A stretch of DNA of 64,000 nucleotides from Kudoa neothunni (Eukaryota > Animalia > Cnidaria): NCBI GenBank assembly GCA_964304625.1, contig OZ199840.1, positions 2,086,532-2,150,531 of the forward strand. Reading direction: 5' to 3'. Under the pieces are notes generated by a model. It did not search any database. It was not told the DNA's origin and saw only the letters and a list, made by a program, of their open reading frames with translations. Each line of letters opens with the position of its first letter. Position 1 is the first letter of the stretch. The position numbers were made by a program, and so were the translations under genes. This document shows positions 1 through 10,719 of the stretch, piece after piece.

Positions 1-51
1 TTAAGAATCACATTGATTACATGGAAAAGTATGATAATCACACTCGTATGC

Positions 52-1750
52 TTACCGCCATTCCAAAATCCCGCGATGATCCCTACTAACCATCCACATC
101 AATTTATTCGAAATTATATTTGATTTCTTTTCTGCGTGCTCGTTTTTAAAAATTCTATTTATATTTTTAAAATAGTTTATTAGTTGAGTTTCTAGTTGTT
201 TTTGGAGCCAATAAGTTATTTTTGATGAGTTAAATCGGTAAAAGAAATTCAAAATAATATAGCAGTCTATACTTGTAGATAATCGTAGTTTTCTGAATAA
301 TACATAATTAATAGACTTACGATAGATTTAGGATTCTATTTAAATAATACATGAGACGAAATTCCGCCGAACGTATCTTGTTGACCATGCCATTGCCAAG
401 ATAGGTTGGAATAACATAGAAAAAACAATTTTTCGTAGCAAACTCACGGAATTGCATAAAATAAATATTCTAATGTGTATACTAATTATGCAATTTGGCT
501 GATATTTTAACATAAAATAGTCTTTAATGGCGCTTATAATTTTCGCACACTGCTCTTATTTTTTTCATTTTTTCACTTTGTCATAGGTTTTATTTGTTGT
601 GGAACTGTTCAATGGGTTATCTATTAGAAATTCTATTTCTTGCTCATTGACGCTTTGACATTCTTGCAGGTTTATCCAGTCCTAAATGCGACTGTTCGAA
701 TGATGCTTTAAAACATTTATGAAAGTTTTCCGCATTGTTCGAGGTTCGAGGTCCGAGGTCCGAGGTCCGAGATTAACGATAAATTTTCCATTACTCTTTT
801 CACGAGTTCCACCAAGCCGTTATAGGATACTTACCTAAATATAGGAAACTTTTTTCGAAATAATCTAGAAATGGCGTTAATGATATTTCAGTTATTTTCC
901 TAGATTCTATCTCCAGTTTTTCATATCCTTCTGAATAAAATTCCGCAGGAATGAATATGTTGATGAAGTAAAAAATTTGACTAAAAGTCTAAATTCCACA
1001 TTATTTTTGTAATCCCCTCCAAACACATTACCCTAAATGAAAAGTACAATAGTTGATACTTGAAAATTTCAAAAGATGCATATTCAAAAGCTGTAATTAT
1101 ATTATGTGGAATTTTTATATTAATTTTATTAATTAGTGTGTTCATAAATATATAGCAAGATTCTAGATTTTTTCTTTTCTTTAAAACAAAAACTGGAGGG
1201 TAAAATTTATCGAAGAATCCCTCATTAAGGGTGTAGAGCTGTGAAAACTCTTTACGAACAACATAAAAAGTTCTATCTGCTACCATCACAGTTGAATTAT
1301 TTATTTAAGTGCTCAATGTTCTCCTTTGTTGTAAATATTACAATGCTTTGACTGTCATTCGGCCAGAGTTATATAAGCAGAATTTTTCACCTCTTAACGT
1401 ATTTACCTGGATTGCACAAAGATTTAAAATATGTGATTATGTAATATTCCCCATTTTTCTTTCATTTTATATATTTTTATGGTTTTTTGTAAATAAATTA
1501 ATTAGGTTTTCATTGACTGTAGCCAACGTAAAAATTTACAGGTAGAATATGAATATTGTATCGATTGCGCAATTTCGTTAATTTTGCAATTAGGCTTAAT
1601 ATTTTCAATATCCGTTTCTGACATAACCTAATTATGTAATCCTGACTCTTGTATGAAAGTCACATCATCTGAATTATTTGTTTTTACTCGCTCTTTACAG
1701 GTTCTTACAGTACATCTCCAGAGTTGATTTTTTGACGTTTTATATCGTGT
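52..1750 (-). mobile_element. Degenerate Mutator/MULE transposase relic
   Basis: ORF 981-1289 reads ADRTFYVVRKEFSQLYTL...PPVFVL...IITAFEYA, matching the MULE pattern DGTF..P..F.QLYTI...DFE.A. Broken by stops and frameshifts; boundaries approximate. Confidence 0.6.
740..770 (+). repeat. Short tandem heptamer array (CGAGGTC)n, about 4 copies
   Basis: cgaggtt cgaggtc cgaggtc cgaggtc cga; a related degenerate run occurs at about 2030-2046. Confidence 0.8.
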
Positions 1751-3081
1751 ACATACAAAAATTTGTTATATAACAATTTTGATTTCCCTCTGTTGAATTT
1801 TATGAGCTATCGTATGACAACCAAAAAATATTTATCCTATATTCCATTTGTATTATCATATTCGATATCCATTTGTTTTATTTTATAAACACAAGGTATG
1901 CATGTTTTTTATAACTAAGAATTAAAATAGTCATTTATTTGATGCACGGTAATGGAATAAATTAATTCTCATTATCGATCACAGGGAAAAATTATTTGCT
2001 GTTCGAACACACTTCTAGAAAGGATTATGGTCGAGGTCTGAGGTTGAAACGTATATGTTGTTTATCGCTAGTCCGCAAGATTAAAACGAAATATTCGTTA
2101 TTTATTTGTCGTGATTTAAAGTCGTGTGTTTGATTGCTAGCGCAATTTCAATTCAAAACAAAGGTACGATAGTGTAAGTTCTGTGACGCCCGAAAAAAAT
2201 AACTTTTACGATTGTTTTTTCGCTGGTTTTTAAGGATTCTTGTTAATAAAATAAATTTAATGCTGCAACAATTCAGTACTATGGCATAACTTCTACGTTT
2301 TAACTCAAACTTTACTTCAGGAAAAATCGTTCCCATGTGTAATCTTTCTTTGGTTTATAAAAATTTGCGAATATCATTAATATTCACATATTATAATATA
2401 TTTGTTAACCTAATTATTTAGCCAGCAGGTGAGTTCAAGTGTTGTATTTGTATATAATGATGTTATATTTTACAAACAGAACAAATTAATATATTCGTAC
2501 TTGCAATGAGTGATACGTAAATTTAACAATTAATTATTATGTAGAAATATTATTTTTAGTTTCCAAATAGTTTTTGTACATTTTTATCCGGTAGATAACA
2601 TTTTATGACTGAATTCGTGTGAAAATTATAACACTAAAAATTTTATTATTGTTTGATTGTCAGTTTTGGTATTTAATTTTGTTTAATACTTATGAAAAAA
2701 AAGAACTATTTATTTGTCACCAAATAACAAAGAAAGTATAACAATTCACAAAATATAAAATAGATGATATCAAAGGTCTTATAAATAAAGACATAGTATA
2801 AGTCGTGAATACTTTTTATGAGAAACTATTACATTTGAATAGATGTAAACAATCTATAATGTTAAAAAAAGAATTTACGTTTGATTTTTTTAATGATCTA
2901 ATTTATAAAAATGTAATATTATATCGAAAATGTGAATACGGAGTGATTCAAATGCTACAAATGGACAATATGATAATTTACATTTTTCTCCTATATTTAT
3001 GATATTTATTTTTTTAAAACGTAAATGAAAATAAGTTAAAAAAACTCTGCAAATATCTATTTTATAGGATGATTTTTTTAA

Positions 3082-4065
3082 GCGTCTGAGAATTTCTGGG
3101 GTCAAATTAACAGCAGAACGCATTGTATTAAAGATTTCTACATATAGAAGAATTTAACAATCGTCTTGTTATATTTTCTCCTAACACATATATTAGTTTA
3201 CAATATTCGAATAAAATTTAAAAAGTATAATGAACATCGACATGCAAAAAAACTATACACTTGGCAATTATACGACCAATTTTATCCTAAGTTATTTTAG
3301 GTTTTTATTGAATTTGATCGAATCCTGCTAGTAGAATACTGAGAAAGTAAGGAAAACATGGACACGGATGCATTCGGTTTACCGCGAAATTTACACGAAT
3401 TTACCCCCAACATGTGGGTAGAGATTCAAAGAAAATTTTCGATAAGATTTTTCTTATTGATTATGATAGTAATACTAGCGATATATTTGATGTAACCCAT
3501 TTTAATTTTCGAAAGTCAAGTTCTGGCGGATCTGATGATAATGATTTGAATGTTTCCGACCCGAATTATCTCCCAAGGGCGATATCGAAAAAAGTCATAT
3601 TTTTCATGATCCGTCAAACTGCTTAATAATGATATAATTACTATTTTTACGTACTCTCCCCCGTCTGTGGGAATTACGTGAAAGTAGTTACCAACTGTAG
3701 GAAATTAATTTTTTACTAATGATTACGATTACGGGTTGACTTAATTTAGTAATATTTTTATTAGAAGAAAAATTTTTAATCATTTTTTACGCCTTAAAAA
3801 TAAAGTTATCTCACTAATTCGTTACGATAAAGTCTAATTTGACTAAAGCCAGATCGCGCCAATTAATTCGCATGACTTCGGACTATTTCGTATACACGAA
3901 GCAAAAATCTTGATGAAAATTCGACTGGAATCTGTATATATATTTTTTTTAATTTTATTATGATTACACAATTATTTATTACATTCAAAAATGCACTAAA
4001 AACCTGGGATCAATTATATCCCCAAATCACAAAATATCTAAGCGATTTTGAGGTGCTCAGAAGAT
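3082..4065 (+). mobile_element. Degenerate non-autonomous piggyBac-like element
   Basis: TTAA at 3078 and 4066, decayed TIRs (gcgtctgagaatttc / atcttctgagcacctc), GGGTC-like subterminal motifs at about 3097 and 4006, and acidic ORF 3414-3626 resembling a piggyBac N-terminus. Confidence 0.4.
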
Positions 4066-4611
4066 TTAAATCAAACTATAATAATTAAGTTAAAAAAAAG
4101 ATTTTTTTTTAATGTAGAGTAAATTCTTTTTATATTTAAATGATGAGTCGCTATCATTTTTCAATTAGACATTCCTCAAGATTTGACAATGATATCTTTA
4201 TTATGAGAAGTAATTTGATTATTAGCACCCTTCTATAATATTTATGAGGGAACCATTCTGTACGTACCCTTTTGAGTGGTTGACCTTGTCATGATCCTCA
4301 CTAAGCACACATATATTATTATAGACGGGTCATTCGTCACTGGATATGGTTGACCCTATTCAGATTTCTCTTGATGATGAGCAAAAACTAAGCTGAATTC
4401 GGCTTCTCCGCGTATAAGTACCTTAATTCTTTAACAGTCCTTTTACATATATCACCAAATTTACATTGAACCATTCCAAAAATCCGGGGATCGTCAATCC
4501 TTCCACAATACTTTCCTCTTCTTAGCGCGATATCTATTTGCATTATTTGATAAAACAGTGAACCCATAGAATATTGACGAATAATTCATCCGAAAAATTA
4601 ACTTCTAAAGG

Positions 4612-4746
4612 TGTTATGTACATAATCTCTTCCCAGCCCTGTACACAAACCTGGTAATTAGTTGAGTAATCCATTTTTCATATTCATTGTATTTTTGTGT
4701 CAACGTGTTTTCCCTTGCTAACGTTTTGCTAAACTTGGACACAACA
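4612..4746 (+). repeat. 5' LTR (135 bp)
   Basis: TGTTATG...ACAACA; direct repeat of 8725-8868. Confidence 0.95.
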
Positions 4747-4748
4747 AC

Positions 4749-4760
4749 TGGCGACGAGGA
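4749..4760 (+). promoter_or_regulatory. Primer binding site complementary to the tRNA-Ser(GCU) 3' end
   Basis: TGGCGACGAGGA 2 nt after the 5' LTR; it is the reverse complement of ...UCCUCGUCGCCA. Confidence 0.8.
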
Positions 4761-4797
4761 CTATCTCTCTACAAGCTCAACACCTACATCAACAAAA

Positions 4798-5670
4798 ATG
4801 ACAAGTTCTGCTCCATATGGCACCATTGGCGAATTCGACCCATCAAGCGACGACTGGTCGTACTACCTGGACAAATTCAAAAGCTACATAAAAATCAATA
4901 ATATCGCTGAGGACTTTAAAGTCCCGCTCCTACTAACAGTGATTGGGAAGAACGGACACCGAACGATAACGGATCTCGTTAAACCCGGAAAACCGATGGA
5001 CATTCCATTTGATAAGCTAATTGACATCATCAACAACCACTGGAAGCCCAAAACATTGCTTATTTTGGAGCGCTTCAAGTTTTGGACTATCAATCAGCTA
5101 GATCATGAAACGATCGCTGAATTCACAAATCGTCTGAGAGCGGCTGCCCACACCTGTGACTTTGGTAGTTTCTTGGATCAAGCCCTTCGCGACAAATTCG
5201 TGACAGGAATCAACCCATATCTCAGTGGAATACAAGATACACTGCTCACGGCAGACTACACCTTCGAGAAAGCCCTTACCATTGCTAAAGCCAGAGAGGT
5301 TACCCTGAGAGAAAAGAAAATAATCAGTGAAACAACTACGAACAACACCATAAACCGACTGGCAACACCCAAATCCCAAAACCGCTGCTTCCGCTGCGAC
5401 TCTAGAGATCATCACACGAAAGATTGCACTCATTTGAACACCATCTGCTCCTACTGTGACATCAAAGGACATTTGGCCAGAGCATGTATGCGACGTAAGA
5501 ACGGACGGAAACCACCAACTGGACACAACCATCGCCCACAGCCTGTTAAAATAGTAAATGCGACCACCGCTGATAACAACTTAGATAGTAATGTTGATGA
5601 GTCTGATTATTATTCGCGACCTTTCTTTTGCGCATTCTTTATAATGGCGTCAAGCTGGAAGGTGAGGTAG
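4798..5670 (+). CDS. gag: Gag with two CCHC zinc knuckles
   Basis: First ATG after the PBS is at 4798; knuckles CFRCDSRDHHTKDC and CSYCDIKGHLARAC. Confidence 0.9.
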   Translation: MTSSAPYGTIGEFDPSSDDWSYYLDKFKSYIKINNIAEDFKVPLLLTVIGKNGHRTITDLVKPGKPMDIPFDKLIDIINNHWKPKTLLILERFKFWTINQLDHETIAEFTNRLRAAAHTCDFGSFLDQALRDKFVTGINPYLSGIQDTLLTADYTFEKALTIAKAREVTLREKKIISETTTNNTINRLATPKSQNRCFRCDSRDHHTKDCTHLNTICSYCDIKGHLARACMRRKNGRKPPTGHNHRPQPVKIVNATTADNNLDSNVDESDYYSRPFFCAFFIMASSWKVR

Positions 5671-8600
5671 ACACGGGGGCAGCCGTTTCACTTATCTCCT
5701 TTACAGACTACCGAAAGATTGGAGGAACCTTACTCAAATCAAATCTAGCGTTGACTACATATACAGGTCAACCTATCAACATAAAAGGTCGCCTGGCAGT
5801 GAACGTTAACTCCAACTCGGGGAAACAACATCGACTGCACATGTATGTGGTAGATGGAAACCAACCGACAATCCTTGGAAGAGACTGGCTACCACATGTG
5901 CTCCAAGACTGGCCACCAAAAGTTAAAATAATCGACACTTCCCCAACCTTGGAATCTGTGAAAACTAAATTCAAAGAATGCTTCAACGACGAAATGGGTA
6001 CAATACGAGACTTCAAAGTTCGATTATTCTTGAAAGATGGAGCGCAGCCAAAATTCTACAAACCAAGACCGGCGTCATTGTACAAAAAAAGTAAGATTGT
6101 AGAGGAAATTAACCGCTTATTGGAAAGAGGAATATTAGAACCGGTTTCATTCAGTGATTGGGCAGCTCCGATCGTGGCCCCACTGAAGAAAAATGGGAAA
6201 ATACGCATTTGTTCAGATTTCTCCGTAACAATCAACCCGGTACTTAAAGCGGAACAATACCCAATTCCCAGAATCCACGACCTATTCAACAAACTTGCAG
6301 GTGGCCAAGAGTTCACAGTATTGGATATCAAAGACGCTTACTTACACATGACCGTCGACGAGGAAGATAGAAATTACCTTACCATCAACACCCACATGGG
6401 ACTCTTCCGTTACACTAGACTTCCGTATGGCTTAACCTCAGCCCCAGCAATCTGGCAACGTTTCATGGACACATTACTACAAGATTGCCACATGACCGCC
6501 TGCTATCTAGACGACATTATCATCACTGGTAGAACGAAAGATGAGCATTTGCAAAACCTGTCACAAGTACTACGCAAACTACATGAACAAGGAATCCGCC
6601 TGAACAACGACAAGTGCTCATTCCTGCAAAAACATGTGAAATATTGTGGCCACATCATAAGCAAGGATGGACTTCAAAAAACAATGGACATGGTGTCTGC
6701 AGTTTTGAATGCACCAACCCCTAGAAACCTAACTGAAGTTCGTGCCTTCTGCGGTCTGGCAGGCTACTATAGAGAATATATCCAAAACTTCTCCTCTGTT
6801 CTAAAGCCATTAACAAACCTTACACAGAAGAACGCTAAATGGATGTGGGGACATGAACAAGTAAAGGCTTTCAATACAATTAAAACTCTCATTACACGAG
6901 ATACTATCCTAACACATTACGACCCAACCCAACCCCTCGTATTGGCAACTGACGCATCGTCGATTGGTATAGGAGCTGTTCTATCCCACATAACAGACAA
7001 TAACAAGGAAAAACCAATTGCCTTCGCGTCGAGAGTACTAAAAGATGCCGAGAGGAATTACTCTACAATTGAGAGAGAAGCGTTGGCCGTACGTTGGGCG
7101 ATCGAGAAATACAAACATTATTTAGAAGGACAGCATTTCGACGTGTTTACAGACCACAAACCACTAATCTCACTTCTAGATCAAACAAAGGGAATTCCAA
7201 CCAAAACTTCGCCGAGAATCCAGAAATGGGCCATCTACCTGCAAAATTTTAAATTCAAAGTTTTCTACCGACCCGGATCAAAAAACCAAAACGTAGACTG
7301 TCTTTCTAGACTAATCAATGAAATAGAAGAGAACACTGAGAATGAACAAGATACCATAGCAACCATCCATCACATCGAGCTCATCAAACGAGGAGGAATC
7401 GACAGGGAACGCATAGAGGTCGCTACCAAGGACGACAACCAACTCCAGAGACTCATCAAATTCCTACGACAAAATGAACCAACTAGGAAGCTTCCTATAG
7501 AGTTAGCAAAATACCAAGGAGTCGTTGAAGAGCTGACCACTCAGGGTGGATGTGTTTTTAGAGGTGAAAAGATGATCATCCCAGCGGTACTAAGAAGGGA
7601 GGTGCTAGCAATTCTGCACGAAGGACACTTGGGAATCAACAAAACCAAATCATTAGCTAGAAGTTACTTCTGGTGGCCAACTATGGACAAAGATGTAGAA
7701 GAAACTATTAGATATTGTCATCACTGCGCTCTCCAAAAGCCCATTTCACCACCTAACACGCAAAATTCATACAAAGAAGCGACTCATCCAATGGAAAGAA
7801 TCCATATTGATTTCGCTGGACCCTTTCATGACAAATACTTTCTCATCGTAATTGATGCCTACTCTAGATGGCCTGAAGTGGTAGAAATGGACGATATAAC
7901 CACAACTAGAACAATTGAAGCTCTTCGTAAAATTTTCTGTAATTTTGGCATTCCGCGCGTTATTGTTTCCGACAATGGTACGCAATTTACTTCTCATGAT
8001 TTCCAAGAATTTTGCAACAAACATGGGATTCAACACATGAGAACGGCTCCTTATCACCCACAATCTAATGGAATGGCCGAGCGCTTTGTAAGGACCTTCA
8101 AAAACATCATTGGTAAGGAAGAAAATACTGACTTATCCCAAACTATCCAAGACATGTTGATGGCCTATAGGAACTCACCACATAGTACCACTGGAATCCC
8201 CCCGGTGCAAAGGATGTTGGGAAGACGGATGAGACATAAGCTGGACATTATTACTGAACGAAAGTATCAGATAACAACTAACCATAAACAGCCCACAGGT
8301 TGGAAAATTGGTGAACCAGTCATCTTTGAAATTTTTTATGATAAGTCCACAAGGTGGAAGTCGGGAACGATAAAATCTCTGATTGGCGGTGCAATGTTTG
8401 AAATTGAGGATGACAGAGGGAAAACCCATCGAAGACATCGAAACCAAATAAGGAAGAGTGTTGCGTTATCTAGAAACGTCACAATGAATATCGATGATAT
8501 GGAAAATCCAAACACATGGCAAAGCGTTCTAGAGGAGAGAAACAAAACCATTACCAATGCTACTCAAAATTCCATTTTTGATCAAACAGAAACTTCACAA

Positions 8601-8711
8601 AACATACATGATCCAACTGTACATACTGACCAACAAGGTAATACACCCGTCATTCGTAGAAGTAGCAGAACAAGGAAAACCCCGCAACGTTACGGGGTAT
8701 GGGTGTCCTAA
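5628..8711 (+). CDS. pol: Pol polyprotein (protease, RT, RNase H, integrase), in the -1 frame relative to gag
   Basis: VDTGA protease, YLDD RT, TDAS...TDHKPL RNase H, HHCC zinc finger plus HIDFAGP/SDNG/AERFV integrase core; 1027 codons uninterrupted. Confidence 0.95.
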   Translation: MRILYNGVKLEGEVDTGAAVSLISFTDYRKIGGTLLKSNLALTTYTGQPINIKGRLAVNVNSNSGKQHRLHMYVVDGNQPTILGRDWLPHVLQDWPPKVKIIDTSPTLESVKTKFKECFNDEMGTIRDFKVRLFLKDGAQPKFYKPRPASLYKKSKIVEEINRLLERGILEPVSFSDWAAPIVAPLKKNGKIRICSDFSVTINPVLKAEQYPIPRIHDLFNKLAGGQEFTVLDIKDAYLHMTVDEEDRNYLTINTHMGLFRYTRLPYGLTSAPAIWQRFMDTLLQDCHMTACYLDDIIITGRTKDEHLQNLSQVLRKLHEQGIRLNNDKCSFLQKHVKYCGHIISKDGLQKTMDMVSAVLNAPTPRNLTEVRAFCGLAGYYREYIQNFSSVLKPLTNLTQKNAKWMWGHEQVKAFNTIKTLITRDTILTHYDPTQPLVLATDASSIGIGAVLSHITDNNKEKPIAFASRVLKDAERNYSTIEREALAVRWAIEKYKHYLEGQHFDVFTDHKPLISLLDQTKGIPTKTSPRIQKWAIYLQNFKFKVFYRPGSKNQNVDCLSRLINEIEENTENEQDTIATIHHIELIKRGGIDRERIEVATKDDNQLQRLIKFLRQNEPTRKLPIELAKYQGVVEELTTQGGCVFRGEKMIIPAVLRREVLAILHEGHLGINKTKSLARSYFWWPTMDKDVEETIRYCHHCALQKPISPPNTQNSYKEATHPMERIHIDFAGPFHDKYFLIVIDAYSRWPEVVEMDDITTTRTIEALRKIFCNFGIPRVIVSDNGTQFTSHDFQEFCNKHGIQHMRTAPYHPQSNGMAERFVRTFKNIIGKEENTDLSQTIQDMLMAYRNSPHSTTGIPPVQRMLGRRMRHKLDIITERKYQITTNHKQPTGWKIGEPVIFEIFYDKSTRWKSGTIKSLIGGAMFEIEDDRGKTHRRHRNQIRKSVALSRNVTMNIDDMENPNTWQSVLEERNKTITNATQNSIFDQTETSQNIHDPTVHTDQQGNTPVIRRSSRTRKTPQRYGVWVS

Positions 8712-8724
8712 CTTGGCAAGGGGG

Positions 8725-8868
8725 TGTTATGTCCATAATCTCTTCCCAGCCCTGTACACAGACCTGGTAATTAGTTGAGTAATCCATTTAATCCATTTTT
8801 CATATTCATTGTATTTTTGTGTCAACGTGTTTTCCCTTGCTAACGTTTTGCTAAACTTGGACACAACA
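8725..8868 (+). repeat. 3' LTR (144 bp)
   Basis: Differs from the 5' LTR by 2 substitutions and a 9-bp AATCCATTT duplication. Confidence 0.95.
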
Positions 8869-9709
8869 AAAGGGAAATATTTTCTATTACTTCCGTTGTC
8901 AGCATCTATTAGTTATAAGAGGTTTGTCGTATAAACAACTAGATTAAAGTCTGGCTTTAGTACTTGAGTCTATAAATTATTTATTATGAAGCATCTTCCG
9001 TACCTCTCCTTCTAGATAGCGACCCCGATCAATTTTTCTTGTTCTATAGAAAAGACATTTATGAATTTCTACGATGAAACCTTCCTCACCTAGTTTGTTT
9101 CTGTTCTCGAAGGATGATTTGCAGAATTGTCGAATTTTGTTGAACCACGTCGAAACTGTTAACATACTTAATTTATTTTGTTTGGTGATAGTTTAAATGG
9201 TTTCTTTCATGTACCAACGATTTAATATTTTAATTTTTTTATGTTAAGCTTTGATACAGACCAGGTATTATAGAGTTTAATAAAGATTCCAGGTTGAGTG
9301 AAAGGTTGATATTACACATTTATTGTTTTTTTGTGCATTGACTTGGATAAACTGTTACTTTTCATATATGAAAAAGAAGAATGCACATTATTCTTGTCAT
9401 ACGCAGACAGTTCAGTTATTGGCCTGGTATCATTTGTTTTCCGGTTTTTTAGAATGAAGCAATTGAAATTCCTGCAATTTTTTCAGCTATTTAGAGTTTG
9501 GTTGAGATATCGTTTAGCGAAAAGTGTGTGAAAATTTTTTTTATGATGACTAACGGGAAAAATCTCATTATCCCACTTAAACTTAAAAATTTGATTGCGA
9601 AATAGAACACGGTAAACGAAATATGGCAATAATAAAATCTGTTTATTTCACAATGAACAAAATAGTTCAAATAATTTCAAATAACAAATATGCGGATAAA
9701 GTACAGTAC

Positions 9710-10655
9710 GGTACGGTATAGAGGGTTGGCTTCGTGTATTTGCATCAACAGTCGGATGAAAGGTATTAATTTTGTAAATAACGATAATAATAAATTCTAG
9801 TGTAAATATATTTCGTTAATTGTTTTTATATGCAGGGAAAGTCGATCATCTTGAAAAAAATTTAATTGGTAGGAAGATAAATACGATCTCATCAAGTCTG
9901 ACATCTTATAGATTATGTGGCGAAACTTTCTTTTGCTTGCCTCCCAAATAGCATCGATTTTATTTGTGTCAGTCCACATCATTGATCCACGAGCAATACA
10001 TTGAGTAATTATGGATTCTAATATAGACTGATTTCTTATTTCGGTCAATACTTGAAAAATGTTGTTGTGATTGTCGACAATTCGCCCATTCTGATTCACT
10101 AGCACTTTTCCTCGGTGGTATTTTCTCTTGTATATGTTCGATTCGTCGATCTGAATAATAACATTTTCACCTCCCATAATCACGAGATTTAAAGTAAAAT
10201 ATTCTATGTAGATATCTCTCACATAGTTTTTCCAATTAATCATTGTTTCTGCTGAACCAATTCGTAATTGTCTCGTGAGCATGTTATACGACATTTGAAT
10301 ATCAAAAACAAACATCAAAATATATTAGTATAAATATTCGCCATAACAACAACTTGGAACCTTCAAAAAGAGTTTCTTTGCGAAGGTTTAATCTTTTTCG
10401 ACATCCATTACATCCGAAGCCATATCCATCAATTACTTGATCTTTTTGTAGGCTCACCCGTAAATTCCATTTTTAACAAATCCACACATTTGTAAGCAAT
10501 CCTAAGTTTTGTTAAAATATATTAATTTTTAATGCTCTCTCTACAATAAATATATATCTTCCAGAACCATTGAATCAACGTTGGAGAGGTAAAAATCCAT
10601 TACTGCTAGTGCTATTGCAAAAATACCCGAATCTAACCAGCCATATCCTACTTTA
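9710..10655 (-). mobile_element. Degenerate Merlin/IS1595-type element
   Basis: ORF 9797-10318 MGGENVIIQIDESNIYKRKYHRG...GSMMWTD; imperfect TIRs at about 9710-9750 and 10602-10655. Confidence 0.75.
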
Positions 10656-10719
10656 GCTCAAATATGCTAAAAATTGAGAAGATTAAGGAAATTCGCAGGT
10701 TTTTATAAATAGAAGAGAG

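Larger units (their letters stand above)
4612..8868 (+). mobile_element. Full-length Ty3/gypsy LTR retrotransposon, Mag-like
   Basis: TG..CA LTRs at 4612-4746 and 8725-8868, 5-bp TSD AAAGG (4607-4611 and 8869-8873), PBS, PPT (AAGGGGG before the 3' LTR), gag with two CCHC knuckles, pol in PR-RT-RH-IN order. Confidence 0.97.
4150..9520 (-). mobile_element. Degenerate Merlin/IS1595-type transposase interrupted by the gypsy element
   Basis: Right part (8977-9165) reads LGEEGFIVEIH...RKIDRGR, resembling GG.G..VEIDE..RKY.RGR. Left part (about 4220-4360) reads GSTISSDE*...HDKVNHSKGYV..G...NIIEG. Boundaries approximate. Confidence 0.65.

Noticed and set aside
740-770. CGAGGTC array as a CRISPR or telomeric repeat
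   Set aside because: Only about 4 units with no spacers, inside a MULE relic in eukaryotic DNA.
4687-4797. TTG-initiated N-terminal extension of gag in the ORF track
   Set aside because: It lies in the LTR/PBS; the first ATG after the PBS is at 4798.
4884-8778. Several antisense or overlapping ORFs inside the gypsy element
   Set aside because: Shadow ORFs of a long, higher-GC coding region with no recognisable motifs; no env-like ORF.
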